Shown here piece after piece: positions 11,764 through 26,700 of a stretch of 64,000 bases of DNA. A model generated the notes under the pieces. That model had not been told where the DNA came from, made no database searches, and worked only from the letters and a program-made list of their open reading frames with translations. The position numbers were made by a program, and so were the translations under genes. Position 1 is the first letter of the stretch; every line of letters starts with the position of its first letter. Origin of the DNA: Yuukianura sp. NJ FZ-2021. Lineage: Eukaryota. The DNA is taken from assembly GCA_046563655.1 (NCBI GenBank), contig CM102289.1, positions 248,001 to 312,000 of the forward strand, written 5' to 3'.

Positions 11764-14700
11764 ATGGGTGTGTTGAAGGATTACATGGCTGAGAAGGCGA
11801 GTGCTGCGAGCACTGAAACCATCACGATTGTGTCCGATGGCCAGCAGTTTGATCACTTTTCCACCGTGGAGGGTCTGGACTCTTATGAAATCGTTGTCGT
11901 CGATGGAGGCTACCAACAGATCGATGAAGAAACGACGGTCATCATCGTCGGTGGCGACGAAACGACGACCACCACGACCACTGAGCAAGTCATCATCATC
12001 CAAGACGAACTCCCATTCCCACTCTGCCCCGGAGAATTCTGGGTAAGGAACTTCAATCCCCTACCGATTACCAATTCAGAACAGTACGAACGTTAAACAA
12101 ACGTTCAAACGTTTTAAACGTTAAACAAACGTTTAAAATCATCTTCATTTCGTATCTAGTTAGTAAAATAGTTTTAACAAATGTTTGATGGTAGCTTATT
12201 CTGTGTTTAGGCTGAGGGTCTCCGGACTGTCTATGGAGAACGGTAAGATTCACAACGATTCTCTTGAAAACTTTAACGTTTTAGGAACGTTTTACTAACG
12301 TTTTTGGAACGTTGTACTTGCAACTTACAGTAATTGATTAATGACTTTGTTAATTAGTAACTTGGTTCTGGGCTACACGAACTCGTTGGAGATTCAAGTG
12401 AGCGACACGAAGACAGCTGAAGTTGGACCAATGAGCAGTGGCCTCGTTTTGCAAATGGGCAAGGGCGGATGCCAAACGATCGGAACTGAGCAGACGTTCT
12501 ACGTGGACATGACTGTCGTTGACTTTAAGATGTCCAACCCCAGTGGAGCCATCACCCTCGAAGTCGATTCCAACCGAGAAGGTAACGTTTCAGTAACTTA
12601 CTCTACTCATTTTAAATCAGTAAGTTAGTTGTAGTCTTAACTAGTTGATTAATTGATTTCTATAAACAGCTCAACGGTGCATGTTGGTGGCCAAGAACAC
12701 TCATCGTGTCTTGTCCAAGTTTGCCAAGTTTAGCCAACAAATCAACTGGCCCTCATTGGTCGCTCAGTACACCGTAAGTTTGTGAACCAAATCTGAATTC
12801 TGGAGAATAGTTTTTACAGTTTTTAGACTTCACACTTTTTTGTTGTTTTTTGTTTTTATAGTCTGACAAAGTTGCTTTCTACAAGGAATACTTGGAGGTA
12901 ACTGATCACAAACATTTTGTTTAGGATTTAAGTTAAGAGTTATACTAAAAGTGACTTATCATTTTCAGATGTTCTACCCAGCAACTCTGGACGTTTACTT
13001 CAACACGACAGTGACGATGAACTGGGACTTGGCCAAGGTCGGAGGCCGAACTGGAAAGCAAATCCTGCTCAACCGGAAGACAATCAACTTCGGATCTGAT
13101 GAAGTCCTCACTTGGCCACCAGCCCAGTTCGACTTCTCCCCAAGGAGTACATCGAACTGGTGGAAATGACTTCGGCAACATCAGCCAGAATTGTCACCAG
13201 AATCGAACGATTTGTCTCCATCTTCATCTTCCCCTTCATCACTGATCCTGCTGATGTGCTCATCATGGAGGAAAGACTCAAGATTGGACTCACATTCGAG
13301 TACATTGTTTCTGTCGTCACCAAGTACATTGTGGACCAACACCACTCGGACTTTGTTCTCGAGTTGCCATTCCCAACTGACCCGGCTGAATTCTGGAAGG
13401 TATTTCAAACATAACTTTGTTTATAATCTAACTAGCACTAAAAAGTATAGATTTTTGATTTGTTATTTTGATTTTGTAGGTTGCTATCCAAACTGTGTAT
13501 GGAGGAGAGCACCAGAGCGACATTTTCTTGTTGATGGGTGTGACGAATGCACTCAAATTCCACTTTGGCGATGACTCTGCCAACACTGGCTCTCTCCTTT
13601 CTGGGCTCACTGTCAAGGTCGACAAGGTCAGCTCCACAAACGCCGCTGGATCACCCGAGTTTAGCCTCAATCTCAAGGTCGTCGACTTCAAACTGACCAC
13701 CACACGACCAGGAATCAACCTCGAGTTGGACAACAGCCGTGGAGGTAAGGAAACTACAACTTTTTCATACTATTCTCATAAATATACTAAGTTTCCTGAA
13801 TATTCTGAAATCCTGAGGTTTTGAGATTTTGAATTTGCAATAAGCTGTTTCTGGTTACAGATGCCACTTGTGTGATCACTGCCCAACAAACTGCCCGAAT
13901 TATCGAGCGATTCGACCAATTCAAGCGCCGTGTCACCTGGAAATCACTTGTTGACGAATACCAGCAAAACCGAATTCGGTTCTTCCGAAAGTACTTGAAC
14001 GTAAGAATCTAGGATTTGAAAAAATTCTTTGAAGAATTTTCTAAAATTCTTTTAACAATTTTCTAAAATGCTTCAAAGTTTGAATCTTTTTGAAAGTATT
14101 GACCAAGTATTTTGATTTTTGCAGTTCTTCTACCCAGCTGACTTTGCTTTTACGTTCAACATCAAGCAGACAGTGAATGCTTCCTACTTGGACTTCCCTG
14201 GATTTGATGTAGACCGAGTTTTCATTACCCGAGACACTGTCGTTTCGAAGAACACGACCATCGCCAAGTTCCCACCGAGCAACCTCAACATCACTCCCAC
14301 CAAGCAAATCGAGTTTGTGTATCCAGATGCTCCAACGGTCGTCGTCATCACGGTGGATCGCTTTGATCTCAACTTTGTCACTCCGGAGAGCACTGACCCC
14401 AAGGACCTCACCATCATCTACAACACCATCACAGCTTCCACCATCTCATTCGAATTCATCAGGAAGGAGGTACGGAATTCACATTTTAAGAAAATTCAAA
14501 AACTTTTTTGGTTTCAAAAAAAAGTTTTTCTTTAAAAAAAAGTCCCTAGTCTTGTGATTAGAAGGAAGCAGTGTTGGTGGATATCCACTTTTTCGACATT
14601 TCATCCACGGCTGGATATCCAGTGGAAGAAATGGACGAAATGGATGAATCCAAAGGGGCGGAGCTTTGCCCTCTGAATTTCAATTAATTGAGTACAAACA

Positions 14701-17700
14701 ACTAAAAAACGTGAAACCACTGTTCAAAAACTATGTATATATTGTTTTCAAATACGTTTTAAACTAATATATTAACTATAATCGCGAAAGTAAAGCGTTC
14801 TGATATCATTTCGTAAACTTAAATTTGAATTAATTTGAATTTCGCGCAAAATTTGTGATTTCTTCCATCCACTTTTAGTTTCGTCCATTTGGGGCGCGTT
14901 TCTTCCAGTGGATATCCACTGGAAGTGGCAATTAAGCCACTGGACGTTTAAGCGTCCACCAACACTGGAAGGAAGGATTTAAGAGGTATGGAGGTAGTTC
15001 AGTGGTGAGAGCATTGCCCCGCCACGGGAAATATGGGGTCGAATCGTACTCCACGCATTTAATTTTTTTTCTCTCTCTCTCTTGTAGGTGACGAAGTATG
15101 TCGTGACGAAGCTTCCATTCCCATCGAACCCAGCCAAGTTCTGGGCAGAGGCTGTGAGTATTTAATCTTTTATTTAAATTTAATTAAAGTATAATTAGTT
15201 GATTAATTTTAAATAAAAAGTAAATATTTGTTTAATTATGCTTAGATTCGTACCATCTATGGAAATGAGTTTGTGCTTCTTGGGCAAACGGATTCGTTTA
15301 GTTACAAGAAAGTGGTAGGAAATATTGTGAAGCAAGTGAAGACCCAGTGCTGTTTCGTGGTTGAAGTTGGAGATGGAGTGACTGGAGTGACTGATGACCA
15401 TGAGAACGTTCTGTCCATTCCACTCATCCTCAAGTCATTCAAGATGGTTGACACTGACGGAGCAATTGAACTGGACCACGACTTTTCTCGCAAACGTAAG
15501 CAAAATTAGTGAGGTCAAAGGTCAACTTAAAGTTAACTCTGGTCTTTGATTTCCAGATGAAGAAGGAACCTTGGTTCTTCGCCACGCCAACCAGGTAGTC
15601 GAGTGGTTCCAAAACTTCTACAAGAACTTGGATCTCTTGACCCTCATCGAAGGTATGAAACAAAAATACTGTAAAAGTAGTAAAAAAAATTTTTAGCACC
15701 TCTTTTTTTAGTATTTTTTCCACTATGAAGCGCTAACAAAATTTAATCTCCCGGTATTTCCCACTGCCCCGGGAAATATTACAATTTACTGGGAAATACC
15801 GAACCCTTTTTAAAAAAATGCACAGAAAATACTAAAAAAGTCACTTTTTGTTAAATTACGTGACTAATAACAATGTGAAAATTAATTTATTATTTATTAT
15901 TATATTAATTATTATTAATTTGAAATTGTAGACTTCAACCGTGACCCGGCTGCCTTCTACAAGGAGTACATCCGCCACTTCTACCCAGCAGTTATCCAGC
16001 TCAGCCTCAACCTCAAGAAGGTCGTTGATGGTAGCAAAGTGGGCCATTTTGACGGAACTCTCACACTCCTCAACCGGGAAACTGTCGTCCTCATCTCTGA
16101 CGAAGTCCTCAACTTCCCACCATCTCAAGTGGAACTCACTGCACTCAGACCAATTGAGTTTGTGCAAAGGGAACAACCCAACAACATCATCATCGTCATC
16201 GAAAACTTTGGCACTCGCGTCATCAACTTCCATCCACGAAATGAACAGGAGATCATCATCTACCGAGAAATCATCGACAATGGACCAACCATCCAACTCA
16301 TCCAACAACATGGTAAAATCTCCACTTTTCCAAACTTTTTTTTTCAAAAGTTTGATTTCTTTGATTTTGAATTGTTTTGTGCTTTTTAGTGGAGATTCTG
16401 TTCATCGAGGTAGTTGGGAAAGAGGAGGTCAAACTTCCGTTTCCAGTTGATCCAAGTCAGTTCTGGATTGAGGCCATCAAGACCCTGCATGGAACAGACC
16501 ACGCCCTCCTTGGTCTCACTGAAATCTTCAAGTTCAAGGGCCCAGACGGAAAACCAATCAATTTTGGAAAACTGCCCAACGGTGAGACTTTCGAAATCAA
16601 AATCGCCGAAGACTGTTTGATTGGCAACGTTATTGAAACCTTGTTTTCATTTTTATTTTCAGGTTTGACCTACAAGATCACCGAGATTGTACCAACAGAC
16701 AAGCAGGTCAGCATCACCTTCGAAATCATCGACTTCCAGTTTGTCTCACCCGATGGAAAGTTCAAGGTCACCACTGACAAGAAGCCAGGTAAGACACCAA
16801 TACATCAAGTTTCCCATATTATAAATTCTCATAATTTTATAATTTCTATAATTTTTATAATTTTTCATAATTTTTATAATTTTCAGGCCAAACGATCACG
16901 ATCACTGTCCAAAACACGACGAAGATCGTCGAGATTTTTGAGCAGTTCAAGAAACCAAAGAACCCAACTGTCTTGATCCAAGAATACGAACGAGACCCCA
17001 AGAAATTCTTCGGCCAGTGCGTCTTCTAAAACAAAACTTTTTTAAAAAAGTTAATTTTTTGAAATCAGAATTATGAATTAAAAATGCTTTGTTTTTCAGA
17101 TACTTGGAACTGTTCTTCCCAGCCAACATCACCTTGAACTTCGACGTGACGACTTACTACGAGGAAGTGATCTACGTTTCCAAGGAACCCACGATCATCG
17201 TGCAGGAGATCAAGGAGTTCCCACCAAAAGACCTCCAGATCTGCCCCACCAAGCCAATCCAACTCATTGGGCAGAAGGACCCCACTGTCATTGTGTATAT
17301 TGACACCTTTGACACGAAGACGGTCGTCCCAAGCAGAACTGTCATCGACCAAATCTTCCACGTCGATGTCATCACCTTCGACGTCGTCAAGTATGTCACG
17401 CAAGTCATCGTCTCTCAGGACTTACCATTCGAAACATGCCCAGGTAAACTCAAATTACCGTATTTCCTCGCTTATAACACGCAATCGCGTATAAGACGCA
17501 GTCAGAAATTAAAAAATACCAAAATAGCACGTAAGAGTTAACTTGCGATTACCGTATTTCCTATAAGACGTATTTTTGTATAACTCGCAGCCAGAAATTC
17601 TCAAAAATTCCTAAATAGTCAGAATTTCTCAAAAATATTTAAATAGCGCGTAAAAGTAAGAGTTAACTTACGATTTAGTAATTTAGTAAAAAAAAAAAGT

Positions 17701-20700
17701 TTGAAAATTATTTCAAATTGTAAAATATTTTGGTGGATTTAGGCAAATTCTGGAAGGATGCTTTGGTGTCCATCTACGAAACGGACTCCCACGTCCTCTT
17801 TGGTGTGACGAACAACTTCGAAGTGACGGACTCCACTGGAAAGAAGCACAACCTCGGAACTGTGCTCTCTGCCTACACCATCAGGATCAAAGATGGAAGC
17901 TCCTGTGACATACCAGACTGCCAGTTTGTCCGAATTGAACTCGAAATTCTTGACTACAAAGCCACCACGCAACACCCAGGATTCGAAGTGTCTTTCGACA
18001 AGCTCCGACCAGGAGACATTTGCACTCTGTCTGTCAAGAACACAGTTGAATTCTTGAATGACTTCAAGAAAGTGTTCAACCCCAAGAACTGGCTCAACCT
18101 CATCGAACAGTTCAACAAGGGACCCAAGCAATTCTACGCTCAGTAAGAACAAAAATATTTCACAAAATACCCTAATTCCTCCCATATACTGTGCGTATTA
18201 TATAATGTTTCCTTTCCAAGACGGTTTAAAGCGAGGATTTAGGCTAATTAAAATTCCACTTTTGAACTTTGGATGGTAATTGTTGTTTACTTGCAGGTTC
18301 ATTGAACTTTACACCCCATCTACCTTGACCCTGAGCTACAACACGACGTACAAGTTCGACAAGACGATCATCACGATCCCAGGGACTGAAGACAAGACTT
18401 TGGTGAACCAGGATGTGATTGTGATCACTTTTGACAAGGTGAAGCAGTTCCCTCTCAAGGATGTGACCATCATCACCCGAGAACCAACTGTGTTGGTCGA
18501 GAGAGACAATCCAGACGTCGTCATCGTCACTGTCACCCGAGTAGAAACTCAGATCAAGTATGTCGTTGTCGATGAAAAGACTGACATCACTGAATTCAAC
18601 AACGTAAGTTCTTAAACTTAACACTCTGTTTTTTAGTTTAGAGTGTTAATGTTGTGTTTGTTTTGCCAGGCCATCATCCGTGGAATTACTATCCAATTCA
18701 TCTGGAAGGTCACCAATCAGTGGGTCACTGGAGGAACTGGGGAACTACCACCACCACCACCAGTCGACAGACCCAGATCACACAGCAGAAGTAAATCTCC
18801 ACCCCATAAAGACAAATCACCCGGCAGAGACAAATCTCCACCCCATAAAGACAAATCACCCGGCAGAGACAAATCTCCACCCCATAAAGACAAATCACCC
18901 GGCAGAGACAAATCTCCACCCCATAAAGACAAATCACCAGATGATAAGGAGAAATCACCAGAACCAGAAGAGCAAATTTGGGGAGTTCCATTTTCACTCA
19001 ATCCAGGTCAGATTCCTGAAAAATGTTAAAAATCCGAAATGTGAAAATAAAAGTGAAAGTTTAATTTGTGTTTTAGGTCGGTTCTGGTCTGATGCTGTTC
19101 GCCACATCTATGGCCACAAGGTTCTCATGCTGGGATCCACTGACAAATTCACCGTCAACGACCGCAACATCGGCAATCTCTACACTGGAGTCATCCTGGA
19201 AGTTGGAGAGGGATCTGACGAAGACTCAGATGACCTTCTCCTCAAGTTCAAGGTCACCGACATCAAGATGATCCACCAAGATGACGCCATCACCGTCGTT
19301 CAAGACACGCAAAAGAAACGTAAGGTTTGAAACTTTTATTTTCAACAAAGGTCATCAAATATCACTTTTGTTTACTTTTAGGCCCAACTTGCTCCATTGT
19401 GTCACACAACGTGGAGAAAGTAGAACTCAAGTTCCAATACTTCAACGACTCCACCAAGTGGAAGGCCCTTCGAGACGACTACCTCCATGACCCAGTCGCC
19501 TTCTACAAGAAGTAAGTGACCTTCTACTGTATTTCCTTACGTATAACACGCACTCGAGTATAAGACGCACCGAAATATTCAGTTTTCAGCGAAAAATTAT
19601 GTTTCGTTCCAATTTTTTTTACGAAATGTCTCAGATTAAAATTCTTGCTCTAAAAAAATCTATGGATTTTTTTTTGGAAATGACTAATTTGTTTTTGTTT
19701 TACAGGCACATCGATGTGTTCTACCCAGCCTCTGTGAACTTCAGCCTCAACTTGAAGTACACGATCGATGGATCCCTTGTCCCAGTTGGATTCACTGACA
19801 AGAAGACCCTCATCAACAGAGAGATCATCACGTTCACATCTGAACCAATTCTGAAGTTCCCACCAGGAGAAATTCTGTTCTACCCCAAGGGCCCAGTGAC
19901 TCTTGTGGAGAAGGAAAATCCCACCAACACTGTCATTGTCATCCAGTCATTTGTGAAGCACCTTGTGCACTACAATCCAAGTGACGTCCACCAGCAAAAC
20001 GCCACGCAAACCATCCTCATCAAGGGACTCACCTTCGAAATCGTCAAGACATATGTCATCCAAGTAAGTTCCACGTGATCTCTCACCTTAGAATTTTGAA
20101 AATACTAAGGTCAGACGTTATTTTCCGCTATTTCCCAGTATTTTCCGGCATTTCCCAGTATTTCCCACTGCACTGGGAAATAGGAAAATGTATTGGGAAA
20201 TGTAAAATAATACTGAATCCTGGTATTTTCATTTTTAGACTTTTTGAATTTTTTGCAGCATATTATCGTGGAGTGGCCAATTCCTGAACTTCCGTTTAGC
20301 CTGGTTCCAGCCAAGCTGTGGCAAGATGCCATCAGAACCCTGTACGGAGAGCACTTTGTCTACTTTGGCCTAATTGATTTGACGAAGATGAAGGGGCCCA
20401 AGGGGGAGGTGCCCATTGGACCAATGCACGGCGGCTTCACATTCAAGTTCATCGATGTGACGGAGGACTTGACGAAGGGCTTCAACATCTCCCTCCAGAT
20501 TGTGGAGTGCAAGTGGGTCAGCGAAGATGACGACACTGAGGTCGTTCTGGACACAACCAAACCAGGAAGCATCATCACCATCCGTGTGGACGACGAAACC
20601 AAGATCATCGAGACGATTCAGCGCTGGAAGACCACTCGCCAATGGGACAGTCTCATTGAAGAGGTACAACTCTACTATACAACTTGATAAGTATTCAATT

Positions 20701-23700
20701 TATAGACGTATAACGCGCGCGTTATCTGTTGTTTTTCGATCCCACATGAGATGCAAAAATGAAATTTATTGACAATCTTCCCCAGTTCCAAACTCCACAA
20801 ATTAAAATTCACCGTATTTTGAGAGATTGGCAATGATGTTTGAATGCGGCTTATATGCGAGTGCGCGTTATACGCAGATAAATAGGGTATTTTAAATATT
20901 GGCAGTATTTGGGCTGATTTTGAATTTTTTGTGCAGTACACACAAAACAAGGTGACCTTCTACCAGAAGTATATTCAGGTAAATACTATTTTTTGAATAA
21001 AAAATAAACCGTTGATGAAATCTTTTTGAAATACTTGAAATTATTTTTTATACTAGATACAAGTTTTTGATTTTGTTTTGCAGTACTTCTACCCAGCCAT
21101 CCTGGAGCACCACTTGGTGAACTTGCAGTTCACGTTCAAGGGCAACACTGCTAAACTTCTGGGATTCGATGGGCCAGTCGTTCTGGAAAACAAGACGACC
21201 ATCCACTACATCACGCACATCAAGGAGTTCCCACAAAACGACATCAAGTTTGTGCGCCAAAACACGATCGAGTTGGTGTTCCCAGGGAAGAGTGACATCA
21301 TTGTGACGATTGACACTTACCCCAGCAGCATCTGGGTCCTTCCGTTGAAGAACAACCAGTACGACATTGACTTTGTGCTCGAACTCTTCAACACTGGACT
21401 CACCTTTGACATCATCCACTACCGAGTCATCAACTACATCATCTCCAAGCGACTCCCGTTTTCCATCAACCCAGGAGTCTTCTTCAGTGAAGCCATCAAA
21501 ACAGTATGGGGACCAGGTTAGTCCTTTACCAATTACTTCAACATTTTAACCTTAAATTATAACTTTTTAACATTAGTTTTTAAGATTCTAACATTTTAAG
21601 CGCATTTTTGTTCATTATAAACTTTTTTTTGTGTAGGAACTCTGATTCTGGGAGGATCTCAGGAGTTCCATGTGACTCTGCCGGATGGAAAAATTTACAA
21701 TGTTGGCCCAATGCTCAATGGATTTACAGTAGAGTATGGAGAAGGTCGCTATGAGAAGGGAGAGGACATCACTGTTCTTCTTCGTCTCACGGACTACAAA
21801 ATGACAAACAAGCGAGGAGGGTTCCAAATCCAACTGGACAACACCCGAGAAGGTAATCTTCTACTTTCTAAAACAAATCTTAAAAACATTTTTGAATTTT
21901 GAAACTAATTTTGTATGTGAATTTATAGGAAACAGCATTGTGTTGGTTGTTGAGAACTCTCAAAAGGTGATTGAGCGATTCGTGCAAATGACGCATGCAA
22001 CTGGATGGGACGCTTTGGCTTTAGAGTACAAGAGTGACCCCAAAGTATTCTACCGCAAGTACATACAACTCTTCTACCCAGCCACCATCAAGGCCACCGT
22101 CAATCTCAAGTACACCATTGACGCCAAATTGACGGCACTCCCAGGATTCACTGGCACCAAGACTTACGTCAACAGAGAGATCATCCACATTGTCACCAAG
22201 TACGTCAACATCACTTGAACTTACTTCAATTAGTTAAAAACTTATTTAAATTAGTTAGATTACAATAAAATAAGTTATTTTATTGTTCTTTTGCAGGGAT
22301 ATCACTGACTTCCCACCGACCAACTTGGATCTTAGCCCAATCAACCCAGTGGAACTGATCTTCCCAGGCTCAGACACTGTCGTCTTGACAATCAAGGAAT
22401 TCCACTCAATCTGGACTCGACCAGTCATCAAGGGAGATGATGAGTACATCATCCTCAGGAAACTCATCAAAACTGGAATCACCTACCAGTACCTCATCAC
22501 CACGTAAGAAAATACTCCCAAGCATCTCCAAGTACAAAGTACAAGTAACTGCAAATATCCAGTACTTTTATTTATACTTGTTCTTTTGAATTGCAGCGTT
22601 GAGAAGTACATCTCGTTCCAATGCTTGGACCACCCCCTGGCTCCGGACACTCTCCCATTCCCAGTATGCCCAGGAGACTTCTTTGTAAGCCATTCAAGAT
22701 TTAATTAACAATTGACTAATTAATTGTGAAATTAAGAGTTTACTTTTATTTATTCTTTACTTATTATTTATTATTTTTATTTATTTATTATTTACTTATT
22801 CTTTCCCTTTATTTATTTATTTATTTATTTATTATTTACTTATTCTTTCTCTTAGGCCGAAGCCATCCGTACGATCCATGGTGATTCTACTCTTTTGATC
22901 GGAAGTTCCAGCCAACTTGAGTTTATCGATGAGAAAGGAAACAAGTTGGACGATGGACCACTCTTGACGTCCCTTCTTGTCAAGATTGTCAAGGGCTCCT
23001 GCGAGACTTTCCAGGGTCGCAACTCAATTAGAGTCTCCTTCGACATTCTGGACTTCAAGCTCACCACGGAACACAGCAAGACAGAAATCGAATTCGACCG
23101 AATCCGCAAGGGTAAACTATTTCCCAAAAATTTTTCAAAAAACTTTGGCTGGAAGACAATTTTCATGTCAATTTTCAATTTTAGGAACCAAAGTAACGTT
23201 GGAGGTCAAGAACGTTGACGAAATCATCCGTGAATTCGCCAAGATCGCTGACATCACCAACTGGGACAAACTCACCGTTGAAGTAAGTTTTTTCACAGAA
23301 ACTCATAAACAAAAAAAAACTGAAAAAAAATGCTGTGAAAAGTTTTTGGAAAAAACGTAATTGGATTTTGGTTTTTAGTACCACAAGAGCCCGGTTGAGT
23401 TTTACCAACAATACATCAACATGTTCTTCCCAGCTACGATCAAGTTGAGCTTTAACCTCAAGAGTGTCACCAACAATGTCGTTGTCGTCAACCGTGACAT
23501 CATTCACATCGACTCTGACGAAATCCTGACCTTCCCACCAAGTCAGTTCGAACTTCACTTGAAAGAACCCATTCACTTTGTGGAACACGACCACCGAACA
23601 GTCGTCGTCTTCCGAATCAACACTCTGGAGACTCACATGGTCCACCTTGTTCCAAAGGGAGACGATGACATCAACGAGGTCAAGCAGGTCATTCAAGTTG

Positions 23701-26700
23701 GCAACTTCACTTATGAGTTTGTCATTCGAATTGTCATCAAGTATCTCGTGCGTCCACCGCCAATCATCCCACCACTTCCGTTTTCTCTGGATCCACTTGT
23801 GTTCTGGCCAGAAGGAATCAGACAAACTGTTGGCGAAGGAGACTTCTTGCTCTCACTTTCTGATGACGACTTTGTCGTTAGCTTTACCGACGGCACGGTG
23901 ACCAACTTTGGACCACTTTTGTCTGGAATGACTTTCAAACTGGTGGAAGCCACTCAAGTGGACACTGAATACCAACTGCGATATGACATTGTTGACATGA
24001 AGCTTGTTTCTCTGGATGGATCTTTGGAGGTGGAGCAAGACAGAGATGTGCCTGGTAAGTTCCCTTTGACTTGCTGGCAGAGACAACCGTGCGCAACTTC
24101 TCGTTTCTGCGTTAAAACACTGACCTCATACTTTCCAAAATTCCGTCTAACTCCTTCTCCTGTTTTTTATTCAGTGGGCCAAATCACGGTTGTCACGCGC
24201 AACGGACTCCAAATTGTTGAGATAATCGAGAAGCTCAAGAACGCTGCCAACTGGGAAACTGTCAAGGCTGAGGTAACTTTCACAACTTTTTATAAAATCA
24301 GAAATTTATATAAAATTTTCAAAAATTTTGAAAATTTTGAAAATGCTGAAATGCTTTATGTTGGTTTAGTACGAACTGTCACCGAAGAAGTTCTACGAGA
24401 AACACCTCGTCCACTACTACCCAGCTGACTTCAAGATCAACGTTCACTTGAAGTTTGTCCACAGTGGCACCAAAACTTTCGTTACCAAGGACATTCTGAC
24501 CTACACTGGAGAGATCAGCAGCTTCCGCCATGACGGAATCAAAGTCACACTTCAGAATCCGATGATTCTCGTCGAAAACCGACAATCTGACAATGTCCTT
24601 GCCAAGATCATCATCGTCAAGAAGACCTGGATCACTCCAAACATCACTGACGAAAGAGAAATCACGCAAGTGAAGGAGATCATCCAGAACAACACGCTCA
24701 CTTACGTCATTGTCAGAGAGAAGGTCTACAAGTACATCATCGGAAGCCGAGTCCCATTCCCACTCTGCCCAGGTACGATACTTGCCAGTATTTCCAAAGA
24801 TACTTGCCATTATTTCTGAATTATGGTATCTAAAATATGAAAATGTGTACAGGTCAATTCTTTGCCGAGGCTGTGAAGACGATTTCTGGAGATGGACACT
24901 GTGTCCTTGGTATCACCCATCACTACCAAGTTGTTGTGGAAGGAAAGACGATTGATCTTGAAATGGCTCTGAGTGCAATCACGTTGAAGATCCATGAAGG
25001 AGCTTCCTGGGACTACACGCATGACAAGTCTATCCGAATTCGTGTAGACATCCGTGACTTCAAGTTGGCTCGTCGTGACGGTGGATTTGAGCTCGAGTAC
25101 GACACTACTCGTGAACGTAAGTTAAAAAAATTACTCTAAAACTACAAAATACCGCAGACCTTTCTGTAACTTTTTTGACTTTTTCCAAACATCTTGACTT
25201 TCAACTTTTTGAAACTTTGACTTAACTTTTTGACTTTTTTTTTTGAAATTAGGTGGAAATGCTTACATCACTGTGAACAACACGACTGAGGTGTTCAAGA
25301 CGTTCAACGACTTCTTCCACCCGTCGAAATGGGATGCTTATGCTGCCATGTACAACCAGAACCCCAAGGCCTTCTACGAAAAGTACATCCACGTCTTCTT
25401 CCCAGCTTCCTTCGACTACAGCATGAACTTGAAGTTGGCAGTTGACGGAGAGTTCCTCAACCTCCCAGGAGTGGATGACCGAGAGACATTCATCACCAAG
25501 GAAATCGTCAACTTCAACTTCCCTGGTCTCCAGAAGTTCCCGCTTGGAGAAGACCTCATGCGATTCAACGTCTCCAATCCAATTCAGTTCGTCAGACGAT
25601 CTGATGTCACCAAGGTCATCATCAGTGTTCCAAAGGTCGAAAGTGTCTACATCTCGCCAGAGTACCCAGACAAGGCTGAGAAGGCTATCTTCGATCAAGC
25701 CATCCTCGATGGACTCAGCTTCCGATTCGTCTCTGACATGGTCAGTCTCTCACATTTTAACAAACAACTTATTTTTACACAAAAACTGAAAAGTTATTTC
25801 TAAAAAGTGAAAAGTTATGTCTAAAATGTGGAAACGTTTAAATTTTTCTGCTTTTTTGCAGGTTTCTCGGTACATTGTGACCAGAATGCCATTCCCAACT
25901 GACATTGGTCTCTTCTGGGAACATGCTATTCGCACAATCTACGGAGAGAAGCACTTGTTCCTCGGAGTTTCAGACAAACCCAACATCGCTCACCCAGAAG
26001 CCGCTGGATCCAAAGACAAGATCGAATTTGCCGTTGGACCAACCATGTCTGGCCTGTTGACGAGCGTTGGAAGTGGAAGAGTGACTGGATCTGGAGCCAA
26101 CGTTAAAATCACTTGTGACATCCACCTCAAGGACTTCAAGCAAACTGACTACGAAGGAGCTGTCGAAATGGCCTATGATCCAACCAGACCAGGTAAGCAC
26201 ACCAGAATTTAGTGAAATTTCAGTTTCTAATTTTCTTTTAGTTCTTTTTCCAACTTTTTTCATTTTTTGTGACAGGCGCTACCGGAAAACTGATTTGCTT
26301 GAGCCCAGCCAAGGTCGTTGAGCAATTCGCCTGGATGGCTGATCCACCAAACTGGCAACAGTTGCTGGACGAGTACGCAGAGTCACCGAAGAAGTTCTAC
26401 AAGAAGTACGTCAAGGTCTTCTACCCTGCTCGAGTCGAAATCCCAATGAACGTCACGTTGGCAGTTGGATCACACAAGGCTCAGGTGGAGAACTACAAGG
26501 GAGGCAAGCAACTCATCTCCAAGGAAACATTCACTTTCGTTCGAGAGTCAGTTCCATACTGGCCAGTTGCCAGCACACTCTTCATCCCAAGTGTCTCCGT
26601 GGAAATGGTTGACACGGCAACGCAGAAGTTGAGTGCCTACTTCCTCCGTAAACGAATCACGATGGTCCACCCATCGAAGGAGGAGAAGTCAGAACACGAG

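Noticed and set aside
14986..15058. Functional tRNA-Gly gene
   Set aside because: B box/T-arm and acceptor stem are mismatched, so it is called a pseudogene/SINE
22740..22850. (TTTA)n intronic tract, and the AT-rich tract at 62100-62200
   Set aside because: Ordinary low-complexity sequence
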